Of a stretch of 64,000 bases of DNA, positions 29,526 to 39,752 are shown piece after piece (position 1 is the stretch's first letter; every line of letters starts with the position of its first letter). The notes under the pieces are model-generated. The model was not told where the DNA came from, ran no database searches, and worked only from the letters and a program-made list of their open reading frames with translations. Source of the DNA: Clostridia bacterium (GTDB lineage: Bacteria; Bacillota; Clostridia; Christensenellales; UBA1242); assembly GCA_017621525.1 (NCBI GenBank), contig JAGASX010000014.1, forward strand, positions 13,232 through 77,231, given 5' to 3'. Position numbers and translations under genes: made by a program.

Positions 29526-31058
29526 ATGTATTCAAAAGTACAAAGTTTTGGGCTTAAAGGCATCGAGGGCTTTCCCATTGATGTTGAAATTGATGTAAGC
29601 AACGGACTTCCTCGCTTTGATGTTGTTGGTCTTGCCGATACAGCCATAAAAGAGGCAAAAGAAAGGGTGAAAAACGCAATCAAAAATTCAGCGCTTGAAT
29701 ATCCGGTAAAAACCATAGCAATCAACCTTGCCCCAGCAGACGTAAAAAAAGAGGGGGCAATTTATGACCTTGCAATGGCAATTGGTATACTTTCTTGTGA
29801 TGATGAAAACCAATTTCATGACCATGATAAATTTTGTTATATTGGAGAACTTTCATTTGACGGAAGTGTAAAAAAGGCGAAAGGCGTTTTGCCACTTTTA
29901 ATATCTGCACGCAAAATGGGGTACAAAAAATTTATAATACCCAAAGAGAACTGCGTTGAGGCAAGTTTTATAGACGGCATAGAAGTTTATGGCGTTGAAA
30001 GTCTTTTGCAAACTATAAAATTCTTAAAAGGGGAGGAAGTGCTTTCGCCTGTTCTTCCATGCAGTTTCAATGATATTCAAAACAGTCAACAAAAGGGGCT
30101 GGATTTTTGCAATGTTAAGGGACAGGCAATTGCCAAACGTGCACTTGAAATTGCAGCCGCTGGCGGACACAATTTGCTTATGTTAGGGCCTCCGGGAAGC
30201 GGAAAAAGTATGCTTGCAAAATGCTTTCCAACCATTCTGCCAGACCTTACCTTTGAAGAGGCGTTGGAAGTTACAAAAGTGCACTCGGTTGCCGGTGAAC
30301 TTGACCTTGAAAAGGGCATTGTTGCCAGCCGTCCATTCCGTAGCCCTCACCATACAGCATCAACGGTGTCGCTTACAGGTGGCGGTTCCAACAGCAAACC
30401 GGGTGAAATATCCCTTGCCGACCATGGCGTGCTTTTCTTAGATGAATTTCCAGAATACACAAGGCACAGCATAGAAACCTTACGTCAACCACTTGAAGAT
30501 GGGGTGATCACCGTTGCCCGTTCAAACGCAACAATCACATACCCAGCAAACTTCACCCTTATTGCCAGCATGAACCCATGCCCATGCGGAAACTATGGCT
30601 CCAAAGATAAGGAATGTAGGTGCTCGCCTGCACAAATAAACAAATACCTTTCAAAACTTTCAGGGCCAATTATGGATAGAATTGATATTCATATTGAAGT
30701 TGAAAGCGTAACCTATGAGCAACTTAAAAGCGAAGAACTTGAAGAGTGCTCTGCCGATATTAAAAAGCGTGTGGACCGTGCCCGTGCGGTGCAAATTAAA
30801 CGCTTTGCCGGAAGTAAAAACTTTTGCAATGCAAAAATGAATGTTGCCCAAACCAAAAAATATTGCAAACTTGACAGCGCTGGCGAGGGACTTCTTCGCT
30901 CTGCCTTTGAAAGACTTAAATTAAGCGCAAGGGCACATGATAGAATATTAAAAGTTGCCCGCACCATTGCCGACCTTGAAGGCAGTGAAAACATTTTGGC
31001 GGTGCATATTGCAGAGGCAATTTCATACCGCTCACTTGATAGAAAATATTGGAATTAA
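29526..31058 (+). CDS. comM: YifB/ComM-family Mg-chelatase-like AAA+ ATPase
   Basis: MYSKVQSFGLKGIEGFPIDVEIDV, Walker A GPPGSGKS, GVLFLDEFPE, zinc-ribbon-like NPCPCGNYGS...CRC. Confidence 0.9.
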   Translation: MYSKVQSFGLKGIEGFPIDVEIDVSNGLPRFDVVGLADTAIKEAKERVKNAIKNSALEYPVKTIAINLAPADVKKEGAIYDLAMAIGILSCDDENQFHDHDKFCYIGELSFDGSVKKAKGVLPLLISARKMGYKKFIIPKENCVEASFIDGIEVYGVESLLQTIKFLKGEEVLSPVLPCSFNDIQNSQQKGLDFCNVKGQAIAKRALEIAAAGGHNLLMLGPPGSGKSMLAKCFPTILPDLTFEEALEVTKVHSVAGELDLEKGIVASRPFRSPHHTASTVSLTGGGSNSKPGEISLADHGVLFLDEFPEYTRHSIETLRQPLEDGVITVARSNATITYPANFTLIASMNPCPCGNYGSKDKECRCSPAQINKYLSKLSGPIMDRIDIHIEVESVTYEQLKSEELEECSADIKKRVDRARAVQIKRFAGSKNFCNAKMNVAQTKKYCKLDSAGEGLLRSAFERLKLSARAHDRILKVARTIADLEGSENILAVHIAEAISYRSLDRKYWN

Positions 31059-31104
31059 AAATATTTTCAAAATATTTATTTGTAAGAAAATATAAGGGAA
31101 ATAA

Positions 31105-32208
31105 ATGTACGAAAAAAGAAATTTAATAATATTTTTATCGCAATTTGACCTCACATCTGTAAGAATACAAAAAGTGGTGGAATTTTTGCAAGAAAACCCA
31201 ACAATAAAAGAGTTTAAAAAGACAAAATTTCCAAAAGATATTTTGCCAGAAGAACAGGCGACTGAAATAAAATCTCACGCCGATGAATTGGCAGTTGAAA
31301 ACTATGTAAAATCACTTCTTGATAGAGGAATAAAAATAACAACAATTGCCGACCAAGATTTTCCTTCAAAATTGAAGATGCTTGATGATTGCCCAGCCAT
31401 TTTGTACTATATGGGCGACCTTTCGCTGACAGAAGAAAGTTCAATTGCCATTGTCGGCACAAGAAAACCAACAAGTTATGGCAGAATGACAACAGAAAAG
31501 TTTGCACGTTCTCTTGCGCAAGCGGGAATTGTTATTGTAAGCGGGCTTGCCTATGGCGTAGATTCAATCGCGCACCGTGCCTGTCTTGAAGCGGGTGGTA
31601 AAACTATTGCTGTTTTGGGTGGCGGATTTGACTATATCTATCCTGCCCAACACCTTTCACTTGCCAAAGAAATTGCACAAAAGGGTTTGCTTATCAGTGA
31701 GTTTCGCCCAAAACGCCAAGCAACAACGTACACATTCCCTTTACGCAACAGAATAATTGCAGGTTTAAGCGACGGAGTGCTTATATCCGAGGCGGGTTTT
31801 AAAAGTGGAACCATTCACACAAAGGAATATGCTTTGGAATATGGCAAAAATTTATACGCCATACCCGGCAATATAGACAGCGAAAATTCTCAACTTACAA
31901 ACGACATAATAAAATCAGGTCAAGGTCAATGTGTAATCACCCCAGACGACATAATTTGTGATTATAAAGGGCAAATTTCCTTTAATTTTGATGAAAAAAG
32001 TGAAAAAAACATATCAAAATCAGCATTTGAAGGGCTTTCTAATGATGAAAAAACAATTGTGGAAGTTTTGCAAAATGGCATGACCAGCCTTGATGAACTT
32101 TCACAAAAAGTCAAAATAAGTGCAAAAAATATCAACACTTGTTTGACAACTTTGGAAATTCGTGGAATAATAAAAAGACTGCCAGCAGGCATGATTTGCC
32201 TTGCATAG
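31105..32208 (+). CDS. dprA: DNA processing protein DprA (Smf)
   Basis: IAIVGTRKPTSYG, SGLAYGVDSIAHRA, FPLRNRIIAGLS motifs. dprA-topA synteny. Confidence 0.9.
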   Translation: MYEKRNLIIFLSQFDLTSVRIQKVVEFLQENPTIKEFKKTKFPKDILPEEQATEIKSHADELAVENYVKSLLDRGIKITTIADQDFPSKLKMLDDCPAILYYMGDLSLTEESSIAIVGTRKPTSYGRMTTEKFARSLAQAGIVIVSGLAYGVDSIAHRACLEAGGKTIAVLGGGFDYIYPAQHLSLAKEIAQKGLLISEFRPKRQATTYTFPLRNRIIAGLSDGVLISEAGFKSGTIHTKEYALEYGKNLYAIPGNIDSENSQLTNDIIKSGQGQCVITPDDIICDYKGQISFNFDEKSEKNISKSAFEGLSNDEKTIVEVLQNGMTSLDELSQKVKISAKNINTCLTTLEIRGIIKRLPAGMICLA

Positions 32209-32226
32209 GGCAGTGGAGGAAGAATA

Positions 32227-34293
32227 TTGAAGTTAGTAGTAATTGAATCACCTTTCAAAAGAGAGGCGCTTAAAAAATATTTGGGCGATGGGTATGAGGT
32301 TTTTGCAACCAAAGGCCATATCCGCGACCTGCCGGCAAAATCTTTTGCCATAGATATAAAAAATAACTTTGAACCTAAATATGAAATAATGCCAGACAAA
32401 AAAGCACTTATTGATGACCTTAAAAAACGTGCACAAAAGGCTGACGAAGTTTTAATCGCAACCGACCCCGACCGCGAAGGGGAGGCAATTTCTTGGCACA
32501 TTTCACACATTTTGGGCTATGACCAAGATAAAGAATGTAGAATTGAATTTAACGAAATTTCAAAAAAGGCAGTTACAAAAGCACTTGAAAAGCCACGCAA
32601 AATAGACCTTAAACTTGTTGACGCTCAACAAGCACGCCGTGTGCTTGACAGACTTGTGGGATATAAAGTTTCACCAATCATCTGCAAAAAAATTGCACCA
32701 AAGTTAAGCGCAGGCAGAGTTCAATCTGTTGCCCTTAAACTTGTGGTTGATAGGGAAATTGAAATTGAAAAGTTTGTTCCAGAAGAATTTTGGACGGTTG
32801 GTGCCATTCTAAAAAAGGGTGCAAGCCAAATTAAAACATCACTTGCAACATACAAAAACAAAAAGTTTGTACCTAAAAACAAGGAAGAGGTGGATAAACT
32901 TTTAGCAGATGTAAAGGACAAAGACTTTTTGGTGAAAGAGGTTAAAAAAGCCAAAACCAAATCTCACGCACCTGCACCTTTCACAACAAGTACAATGCAA
33001 CAAGATGCACTCAACAAACTTGGTATGCCTCTTGCCAAAACAACATCTTCTGCCCAACAACTTTATGAGGGCGTTGAAATAAAGGGCGAGGGCAAAATTG
33101 CACTTATCACATACATTCGTACCGACTCTGTCCGCGTTTCAACCGATGCCCAAAACGCCTGCCGAGAATTTATTAAAAACAAATATGGCAGTGAATTTGT
33201 GCCAGATAAGCCAAACAACTATCAATCAAAAGGCTCGGCACAAGACGCCCACGAGGCAATCCGCCCAATTACAATGGATATAACACCAGAAATGGCAAAA
33301 GAAACATTGTCGCCAGACAACTATAAACTTTATAAACTTATTTATGAGCGTTTTCTTGCCAGCCAGATGACCGAGGCAGAATATGCCAGCGTGTCAGTCA
33401 ACTGCACCTGTGGTGATTACGGCTTTAAAGTCAGCGGAAAAACAATGGAATTTCCGGGCTATACCGCCGTATATAAAGAATTTGTTGAAGATGACGGCAA
33501 AAGCGACGCCATGGCGGGCAAACTTCCAAAACTTGACGAGGGCGAAACCCTGCCATGCGAAAAACTTTTGCCAGAGCAGAAATTTACAAAACCTCCAACA
33601 AGATACACAGAGGCAAGCCTTGTTAAGGCAATGGAAGAAAAGGGGATTGGCAGACCAGCCACATACTCGGCAACAATCACCATTTTGCAGACAAGAAAAT
33701 ATACAGAAAAACAGGCAAAATATCTTGTGCCAACAGAACTTGGCAGAAAAATCACCGCCTACCTTGACCAATTTTTCAGCGGTGTCATCAATGTTAAGTT
33801 TACCGCTTATATGGAAAACCGCCTTGACGACATTGCATCAAAAGGGGAGGATTGGAAAAGCGTTGTTTCAAGTTTTTGGAATGGGTTTGAGCATCTTCTT
33901 GCCAAAGCAGATGCCAGCAGTTTAACAATGAAAGAGCCTCCAAAAGAAACCGACATAGTCTGCGAAAAATGCGGAAGCAAAATGCTTATAAGAAGTGGCA
34001 GATTTGGCGAATTTTTGGCTTGCTCCAACTTCCCAAAATGCAAAAACACTCGTCCTGTAAATGAAGAGAAAAAGGTGGTTGGCGTTTGCCCAGAATGTAA
34101 GGGTGCCCTTGTGGAACGCAAAAGCAAACGTGGAAAAACTTTCTACTCTTGCGACAGATACCCAGATTGCCAATTTATGAGTTGGGATATAACAACCGGC
34201 GAGCGTTGCCCAAAATGCAACAGCCCACTTATTGTTAAGGGAAAAACAATAAAATGCAACAATAATGATTGCGACTATAAAAAGGAGAACTAA
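32227..34293 (+). CDS. topA: DNA topoisomerase I
   Basis: [15 protein letters not shown]...[14 protein letters not shown], active-site region YIRTDS, three C-terminal Cys4 zinc ribbons. TTG start. Confidence 0.96.
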   Translation: MKLVVIESPFKREALKKYLGDGYEVFATKGHIRDLPAKSFAIDIKNNFEPKYEIMPDKKALIDDLKKRAQKADEVLIATDPDREGEAISWHISHILGYDQDKECRIEFNEISKKAVTKALEKPRKIDLKLVDAQQARRVLDRLVGYKVSPIICKKIAPKLSAGRVQSVALKLVVDREIEIEKFVPEEFWTVGAILKKGASQIKTSLATYKNKKFVPKNKEEVDKLLADVKDKDFLVKEVKKAKTKSHAPAPFTTSTMQQDALNKLGMPLAKTTSSAQQLYEGVEIKGEGKIALITYIRTDSVRVSTDAQNACREFIKNKYGSEFVPDKPNNYQSKGSAQDAHEAIRPITMDITPEMAKETLSPDNYKLYKLIYERFLASQMTEAEYASVSVNCTCGDYGFKVSGKTMEFPGYTAVYKEFVEDDGKSDAMAGKLPKLDEGETLPCEKLLPEQKFTKPPTRYTEASLVKAMEEKGIGRPATYSATITILQTRKYTEKQAKYLVPTELGRKITAYLDQFFSGVINVKFTAYMENRLDDIASKGEDWKSVVSSFWNGFEHLLAKADASSLTMKEPPKETDIVCEKCGSKMLIRSGRFGEFLACSNFPKCKNTRPVNEEKKVVGVCPECKGALVERKSKRGKTFYSCDRYPDCQFMSWDITTGERCPKCNSPLIVKGKTIKCNNNDCDYKKEN

Positions 34294-34294
34294 A

Positions 34295-34834
34295 ATGGAA
34301 AGTATGTTTAGAGGCACCACAATTTGCGGTGTGAAAAGAGATGGCAAAATTGCCATAGCAGGGGACGGTCAGGTTACCCTTTCAGAAAGCGTTATTTTTA
34401 AGTCAAACGCACATAAGGTAAGAAGAATTTATGACGGCAAGGTTGTAATTGGCTTTGCAGGCTCTGTTGCCGACGCTTTTTCACTTAGTGAACGCTTTGA
34501 AAATATGCTTAACAAATTTTCTGGCAACCTTATGAGAAGTGCGGTAGAACTTGCCAGCACTTGGCGTGAAGATAAGGCATCAAGACAACTTAACGCAATG
34601 ATGATTGTTGCAGATGATAAACAACTTCTTATCGTAAGCGGTACAGGCGAAGTGATAGAGCCGGACGACGACGTTTGCGCAATTGGCTCTGGCGGAAATT
34701 ATGCCCTTTCTGCAGCAAAGGCGCTTAAACAAAACACAAACCTTTCTGCAAGGGAAATTGCACAAAAATCACTTGAAATTGCAGGACAAATTTGTGTATT
34801 CACAAATGACCATATAACAGTTGAGGAGGTTTAA
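34295..34834 (+). CDS. hslV: ATP-dependent protease subunit HslV (ClpQ)
   Basis: [28 protein letters not shown]. Followed by hslU. Confidence 0.94.
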   Translation: MESMFRGTTICGVKRDGKIAIAGDGQVTLSESVIFKSNAHKVRRIYDGKVVIGFAGSVADAFSLSERFENMLNKFSGNLMRSAVELASTWREDKASRQLNAMMIVADDKQLLIVSGTGEVIEPDDDVCAIGSGGNYALSAAKALKQNTNLSAREIAQKSLEIAGQICVFTNDHITVEEV

Positions 34835-34835
34835 A

Positions 34836-36131
34836 ATGAATTTAACACCAAAACAAATTGTTGAAGAACTTGATAAATACATCATCGGTCAATCAAAGGC
34901 AAAAAAAGCGGTGTCAATTGCACTTCGCAACCGCTATCGCAGAAGCAGATTGCCAAAGGAAGTTCGTGAGGAAATCACACCTAAAAATATCATTATGAAA
35001 GGCCCAACTGGAGTTGGTAAAACAGAAATTGCAAGACGCCTTGCAAAACTTGTTAGGGCACCCTTTATAAAAATTGAGGCTACAAAATACACCGAAGTTG
35101 GCTATGTTGGCAGAGATGTTGAAAGCATGGTTCGCGACCTTGTTGAAACGGCAGTTCGCATGGTTAAAGATGAGAAAAAACATGAAATGGAGGCAAAGGT
35201 AAAACCTGTTGTTGACACCAAACTTGTTGATGCCATTTGTGATGCAAGACGTGCACAAAATATACCTGTTGACCGCACACTTGTTGCCGAAGAACTTGGC
35301 TCTGGCAAGGTTGAAGAGGAAGTTGTTGAAGTCAGCGTGCTGGATAACCCAACGCCAATGCTTTCAGTAGGCGGGCCAGAGATAAACCTTGGCAGTATGT
35401 TTGACGGAATGATGCCTCAAAGAAGAAAAAGAAGAAAAATGACAGTTGCTCGCGCAAGAGAGGTGCTTACAGCCGATGAGTGTGAACGCATAATTGATAA
35501 AGACAACGTTTACGCCGAGGCAATTCGCCGTACCGAAGAAGAGGGCATCATCTTTATTGATGAAATTGACAAAATCATTGGTAAGGCTGGTGGGTCTAAC
35601 AATCATGATGTTTCCAGAGAGGGCGTACAACGCGATATTCTTCCAATTGTGGAGGGAAGTACAGTTGCAACCAAATATGGCAATGTAAAAACCGACTTTA
35701 TTTTGTTTATCGCATCGGGCGCATTTCATGTGTCAAACATAAATGACATGATACCAGAACTTCAAGGCAGATTTCCAATTCGCGTAGAACTTGACAATCT
35801 TTCAAAAGAAGATTTCAAGAAAATTCTTACAGAAACCAAAAATTCATTGCCATTCCAGTATGCAAGCATTTTAAAGGTGGATAACATAAACCTTATTTTC
35901 ACAGATGATGCACTTGATGAAATTGCAGACATGGCGGCAACAGAAAATGAAACAAGCGAAAATATAGGTGCAAGACGCCTTCAAACAATTATGGAACTTT
36001 TGCTTGAGGACATTTCTTTCAATGCATCTGGCGAGCATCCTATGCTTGACGTAACAATTGACAAAGCATATGTACAAAATGCATTTAAGGAAACAAAGAA
36101 GAAATTTGACCTTAAAAAGTATATTTTGTAA
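34836..36131 (+). CDS. hslU: ATP-dependent protease ATPase subunit HslU (ClpY)
   Basis: LTPKQIVEELDKYIIGQSKAKKAV, Walker A GPTGVGKTEIARRLA, IIFIDEIDKI. Confidence 0.96.
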   Translation: MNLTPKQIVEELDKYIIGQSKAKKAVSIALRNRYRRSRLPKEVREEITPKNIIMKGPTGVGKTEIARRLAKLVRAPFIKIEATKYTEVGYVGRDVESMVRDLVETAVRMVKDEKKHEMEAKVKPVVDTKLVDAICDARRAQNIPVDRTLVAEELGSGKVEEEVVEVSVLDNPTPMLSVGGPEINLGSMFDGMMPQRRKRRKMTVARAREVLTADECERIIDKDNVYAEAIRRTEEEGIIFIDEIDKIIGKAGGSNNHDVSREGVQRDILPIVEGSTVATKYGNVKTDFILFIASGAFHVSNINDMIPELQGRFPIRVELDNLSKEDFKKILTETKNSLPFQYASILKVDNINLIFTDDALDEIADMAATENETSENIGARRLQTIMELLLEDISFNASGEHPMLDVTIDKAYVQNAFKETKKKFDLKKYIL

Positions 36132-36181
36132 GCAAAAACACAAAAAAAACATAAAAAAACGCAAAAAAAAAGGAAGAATTT

Positions 36182-36859
36182 ATGGATTTTTCTCGCACAG
36201 AGGCACTTATTGGCAAGGATAACCTTACAAAACTGCAAAACCTGCACGCGGTGATTGTTGGTGTGGGAGGTGTTGGGGGCGTAACTGCAACTATGCTTGC
36301 AAGGGCGGGCGTAGGAAAACTTACCATTGTAGATTTTGACACAATTGCCTCGTCAAACCTTAACCGCCAAATTATTGCCTATGAAAGCACAATTGGCAGA
36401 AAAAAGGTGGACGTTTTAAAAGAAATGATTTTGGATATAAATAAAAATATTCAAATCACGGCGATTGACCAAAGACTTACTAAGGAAAACTTATCAATAG
36501 TTGACAGTGCAGACATTGTAATTGATGCCATTGACAGCGTGGAAGATAAGGTTGCACTTATTGCCTATTGCAAACAAAAGGATATAAAAATCATATCCGC
36601 CATGGGCGCAGGCAACCGCTATCAATTGCAAAACTTTCAGGTGTGCGACATTTACAAAACCCATGATGACGGCCTTGCAAAAGTTGTAAGAAAAAAACTT
36701 AAAGAAATGGGCATTGCAAAACATAAAGTTGTTTGCGCAAACAGCCCACAAGATTGCTCGCCACAGGGGGTTGTGGGCAGTATCAGTTACACACCAACCA
36801 TGTGCGGTTGCACGCTTGCCGGCGAGGTTGTAAACATGGTTATAAAGGGGGAATTATGA
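36182..36859 (+). CDS. tcdA: tRNA threonylcarbamoyladenosine dehydratase (ThiF/HesA family, TcdA-like)
   Basis: VIVGVGGVGGVTATMLARAGVGKLTIVDFDTIASSNLNRQ. Confidence 0.8.
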   Translation: MDFSRTEALIGKDNLTKLQNLHAVIVGVGGVGGVTATMLARAGVGKLTIVDFDTIASSNLNRQIIAYESTIGRKKVDVLKEMILDINKNIQITAIDQRLTKENLSIVDSADIVIDAIDSVEDKVALIAYCKQKDIKIISAMGAGNRYQLQNFQVCDIYKTHDDGLAKVVRKKLKEMGIAKHKVVCANSPQDCSPQGVVGSISYTPTMCGCTLAGEVVNMVIKGEL

Positions 36860-37164
36860 AAACCATAAACCAAAAAGAATTTGATGAAGTTACCAAAACC
36901 GGCATTTGCCTTGTTGATTTTTATGCAACATGGTGTATGCCATGCCGTATGTTTGGCGCAATTTTGGAAGATATTGAAGAAGAAATTGGCGAAAGCGTAA
37001 AAATTTTTAAGGTTGACGTTGATGAAAACGAGGCACTTTCCCGCAAATTTGGTGTGCTTTCAATTCCAACAATTTTAATTTTAAAAGATGGGGTTTTGCA
37101 GGAAAAACACGTTGGCGTTTGGTCAAAGGAAGATTGCATAGAAGCCATCAAAAAATATCAATAA
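36856..37164 (+). CDS. trxA: Thioredoxin (active site WCMPC)
   Basis: VDFYATWCMPCRMF...LSIPTILILKDG. ATGA overlap with tcdA. The track's longer ORF (36733) is a frame run-in. Confidence 0.88.
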   Translation: MKTINQKEFDEVTKTGICLVDFYATWCMPCRMFGAILEDIEEEIGESVKIFKVDVDENEALSRKFGVLSIPTILILKDGVLQEKHVGVWSKEDCIEAIKKYQ

Positions 37165-37251
37165 AAGCAAAAAAGTGGGCAAAAAACCCATTTTTTTTGT
37201 TTTTTATCACAAATTTTGCAAATTTTTGCCAATTTAGGGATAATAAGCCTA

Positions 37252-37280
37252 TTGACTTTGTAGCGTGCAGGTGATACAAT
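37252..37280 (+). promoter_or_regulatory. SigA promoter (extended -10) for nifS-iscU
   Basis: TTGACT (37252-37257), 17 nt, TGaTACAAT (37272-37280). Confidence 0.65.
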
Positions 37281-37318
37281 ACATACATATTAAAAGTTGA
37301 TATTTTAAGGGGTAAAAA

Positions 37319-38494
37319 ATGGAGAAAAAAGTATATTTAGACAATGCATCAACCACCTATGTTTCAAGCGAGGTTATGGCAGAAATGTTGCCATGCTTCA
37401 ACGCCATTTATGGCAACGCAAACTCGGTGCATAGTTATGGCAGAGATGCTTCTGCAATTGTGGATAGGGCACGCGACCGCATTGCTCACGCAATCAACGC
37501 ATCAAAATCGCAGGAAATATATTTCACATCTGGCGGTACAGAGGCAGACAATTGGGCAATCCGTGGTATTGCACACGCTTACTCAAACAAAGGCAGACAC
37601 ATCATCACCAGCCAAATAGAACATCACGCCGTACTTGACGCCTGCAAAAGATTGGAAGAAGAGGGCTTTGAAGTTACATATCTTCCTGTTGACTCTCATG
37701 GCCTTGTAAAAATTGTAGACCTTTTGCACTCAATAAGAAAGGATACAACTCTTATCTCAATCATGTCGGTAAACAACGAAGTTGGCACTATTCAAAACAT
37801 AAAGGCAATTGCCAAAATCGCACATGACTATGATGTGATTTTCCACACAGACGCCGTTCAAGCACTTGGCGCAATCAAACTTGACGTTCAAGATATGGAA
37901 ATTGACGCCATGACACTTTCCGCACACAAAATTCATGGGCCAAAGGGTGTTGGTTGCCTTTATCTTAAAAATGGTATCCGCATTGAAAACCTTTTAGAGG
38001 GCGGAAGTCAAGAGCGTGGCAAACGCGGTGGTACAGTAAACGTTCCTGCCGTTGCTGGCTTTGGCAAGGCAACAGAAATTGCCGTGCGTGATATGTCAAT
38101 AAATCAACAAAAACTTCGCAACGTAAGGGAATACTTCCTTAAACAAGTTGGCGATAATATAGAACTTGTTTCTTTAAACGGACACCCACTTCAAAAGGTA
38201 AACGGCATTGTAAACCTCTCATTTGACATGGTGGATAAAGAATCTCTGCTTATGCTTCTTGATATGGAGGGTATCGCTGTTTCAGCAGGCTCGGCTTGCA
38301 CTGCAAACTCTATTGAACAATCTCACGTGCTTAAAGCAATGGGGTTGGACGACGAAAAAGCAAATGGTGCAATAAGATTTTCATTTGGCAAAAACAATTC
38401 TAAACATGATATTGACCACTGCGTTGAGGCTTTAAAGAAATCGGTTGAACAATTAAGGTCAATTTCAGCACTTACAAAAGCGGGGAGGAAATAG
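37319..38494 (+). CDS. nifS: Cysteine desulfurase (NifS/IscS class)
   Basis: YLDNASTT, PLP-Lys SAHKIHGPKG, catalytic loop SAGSACT. Confidence 0.92.
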   Translation: MEKKVYLDNASTTYVSSEVMAEMLPCFNAIYGNANSVHSYGRDASAIVDRARDRIAHAINASKSQEIYFTSGGTEADNWAIRGIAHAYSNKGRHIITSQIEHHAVLDACKRLEEEGFEVTYLPVDSHGLVKIVDLLHSIRKDTTLISIMSVNNEVGTIQNIKAIAKIAHDYDVIFHTDAVQALGAIKLDVQDMEIDAMTLSAHKIHGPKGVGCLYLKNGIRIENLLEGGSQERGKRGGTVNVPAVAGFGKATEIAVRDMSINQQKLRNVREYFLKQVGDNIELVSLNGHPLQKVNGIVNLSFDMVDKESLLMLLDMEGIAVSAGSACTANSIEQSHVLKAMGLDDEKANGAIRFSFGKNNSKHDIDHCVEALKKSVEQLRSISALTKAGRK

Positions 38495-38496
38495 TC

Positions 38497-38889
38497 ATGT
38501 ATTCAAACAGAATTTTAAACAGATTTAAATCACCTGAATATGCCGGCGGACTTCGCGGTGCAAACGGCACAGGCAGGGCAGGAAATGAAACAAGCGACCT
38601 TATCAAAATTTACATACTTGTAAGTGATGAGGGGGTTATTGAAAGGGTAAACTTCAAGGCTTACGGCGGTGTTTGCACAATTGTTGCCGGCGACTGCGCG
38701 TGTGAACTTATTGACGGAGCGTCATTGGAAGAGGCTCTTCGCGTAAACAACTATTCAATACTTCAAGAAATGGGAGAAATTCCAGAAGAACGCGAATATG
38801 TTGGCAACTTGGCAGAAGAGGCAATCAAAAACGCCATTGAAGACTACTATAAAAAACGCGAGAAAGAACTTAAAAAACAAGGTAAATAA
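38497..38889 (+). CDS. IscU/NifU-N-like protein, apparently lacking the canonical cluster-ligating cysteines
   Basis: Collinear with IscU (RFKSPEYAG...GNETSDLIKIY...FKAYGGVCTIVAG...EALRVNN...NLAEEAIKNAIEDY). However, it has ETSD where PxCGD is expected, GGV where GCG is expected, and EYVG where HCS is expected. Confidence 0.75.
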   Translation: MYSNRILNRFKSPEYAGGLRGANGTGRAGNETSDLIKIYILVSDEGVIERVNFKAYGGVCTIVAGDCACELIDGASLEEALRVNNYSILQEMGEIPEEREYVGNLAEEAIKNAIEDYYKKREKELKKQGK

Positions 38890-38928
38890 AACGACCTCCC
38901 TTATAGAGGGAGAATACCACTTTATTTC

Positions 38929-38979
38929 GCCTTCCCCTTTGGCCGTAGGAAGGTGGCTCGAAGAGCCGGAAGAGGCTCA
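38929..38979 (+). repeat. Type-A two-hairpin module, copy A1
   Basis: GCCTTCCCCTTTGGCCGTAGGAAGGTG-GCTCGAAGAGC-CGGAAGAGGCTCA. Confidence 0.95.
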
Positions 38980-39062
38980 TTGTGGAACAAACAAAATTGA
39001 AGATTTAAAAAATCTTAACGATAGTCGTCCAGCGTAAGGCTGGCGGAAGAAGGATTTTTTAT
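38980..39062 (+). promoter_or_regulatory. Module G copy 1: portable 5' UTR ending in an SD and ATG
   Basis: TTGTGGAACAAACAAAA...CTTAACGATAGTCGTCCAGCGTAAGGCTGGCGGAAGAAGGA is homologous to 42569-42649. The ATG positions coincide (39063 here, 42650 there). Confidence 0.75.
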
Positions 39063-39116
39063 ATGCATATTTTCACCCTTTTTGCAGATAATATTGGCAA
39101 GGAGGGGAAAACATGA
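39063..39116 (+). CDS. Possible 17-codon upstream ORF (MHIFTLFADNIGKEGKT) coupled by ATGA to the next gene
   Basis: SD AAGGA lies 8-9 nt upstream. The stop TGA (39114-39116) overlaps ATG 39113. Confidence 0.3.
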   Translation: MHIFTLFADNIGKEGKT

Positions 39117-39271
39117 AAGAATTTACAATGATTTTGGGCTTCGGCATGGGGCTTGTTGCTGGCGCACTTTTATATAAACACTCCAAAGATGCCAAAACTG
39201 TTGTCGACAAGGGCGAAAAAGCAGTTAAAGAAGAAGTCAAAAAAATGGAAAATAAAACCAAGAAAAATTAA
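39113..39271 (+). CDS. Small (52 aa) YtxH-like membrane protein
   Basis: Not in the ORF track (under 60 aa). GGAGGGG lies 5 nt before the ATG. MKEFTMILGFGMGLVAGALLYKHSKDAKTVVDKGEKAVKEEVKKMENKTKKN is one TM helix plus a Lys/Glu amphipathic tail. A terminator follows. Confidence 0.55.
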   Translation: MKEFTMILGFGMGLVAGALLYKHSKDAKTVVDKGEKAVKEEVKKMENKTKKN

Positions 39272-39282
39272 ATGTACATATT

Positions 39283-39347
39283 AAGCCTTCCCTTGGGGGA
39301 AGGTGGCTCGAAGAGCCGGAAGAGGGATAATACGCCCTCTTTTTTTG
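39283..39347 (+). repeat. Type-A module copy A5 whose trailer doubles as an intrinsic terminator stem
   Basis: AAGCCTTCCCTTGGGGGAAGGTG-GCTCGAAGAGC-CGGAAGAGGG, then AGAGGG-ataatacg-CCCTCT plus T7 (39320-39347). Confidence 0.9.
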
Positions 39348-39600
39348 TCGCACCTGCGTTGACCTTGCGACCAACGCAGACGCTCCCGCCCCGCCAGCCC
39401 GCTCCGCTTATAAGGTTGAAATAAAAAAATACAAGTGTTTGTCGACAAATTTGATTATGTAGTTGAATTAAGTAAAAAGTGATAAGTGAAAAAGGTAACT
39501 CCGCCCCGCTTCGCACCAAAAGCGACCTACGCCCGCTTTTGACGCTCCGCTAAATAGGCGTCGCACGCTTGGCGACCAACGTCCGCCTCGCCCGCCCCAA
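39348..39600 (+). repeat. Mosaic D3 - B3 - C3 - GC-rich tail
   Basis: D3 has stem CTGCGTTG (39354-39361) / CAACGCAG (39372-39379), with GTCGCA/TGCGAC interleaved. B3 39463-39499. C3 stem 39517-39524 / 39534-39541. Confidence 0.9.
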
Positions 39601-39679
39601 AAAAAACTTAAAATTTTTCAAAAAACATTCGATAAAAATTTGCATAATTCGACATAATATGATAAAATACTTAAAAAAT

Positions 39680-39752
39680 AAGCCTTCCCCGCACGCGGGG
39701 AAGGTGGCTCGAAGAGCCAGAAGGGGGAAACCTCCATCTTTGAGGGAGGTGG
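39680..39752 (+). repeat. Type-A module copy A6 plus CCTCC/GGGAGG hairpin inside the 5' leader of the LRR gene
   Basis: AAGCCTTCCCCGCACGCGGGGAAGGTG-GCTCGAAGAGC-CAGAAGGGGG (39680-39727), then CCTCC-atctttga-GGGAGG. The gene's SD GGAAGGAG lies at about 39770-39777. Confidence 0.9.

Noticed and set aside
36856-37164. Thioredoxin with a WCMPC active site instead of WCGPC.
   Set aside because: It is an active-site variant of a clearly ordinary thioredoxin in a conserved context. It is noted but not considered a lead.
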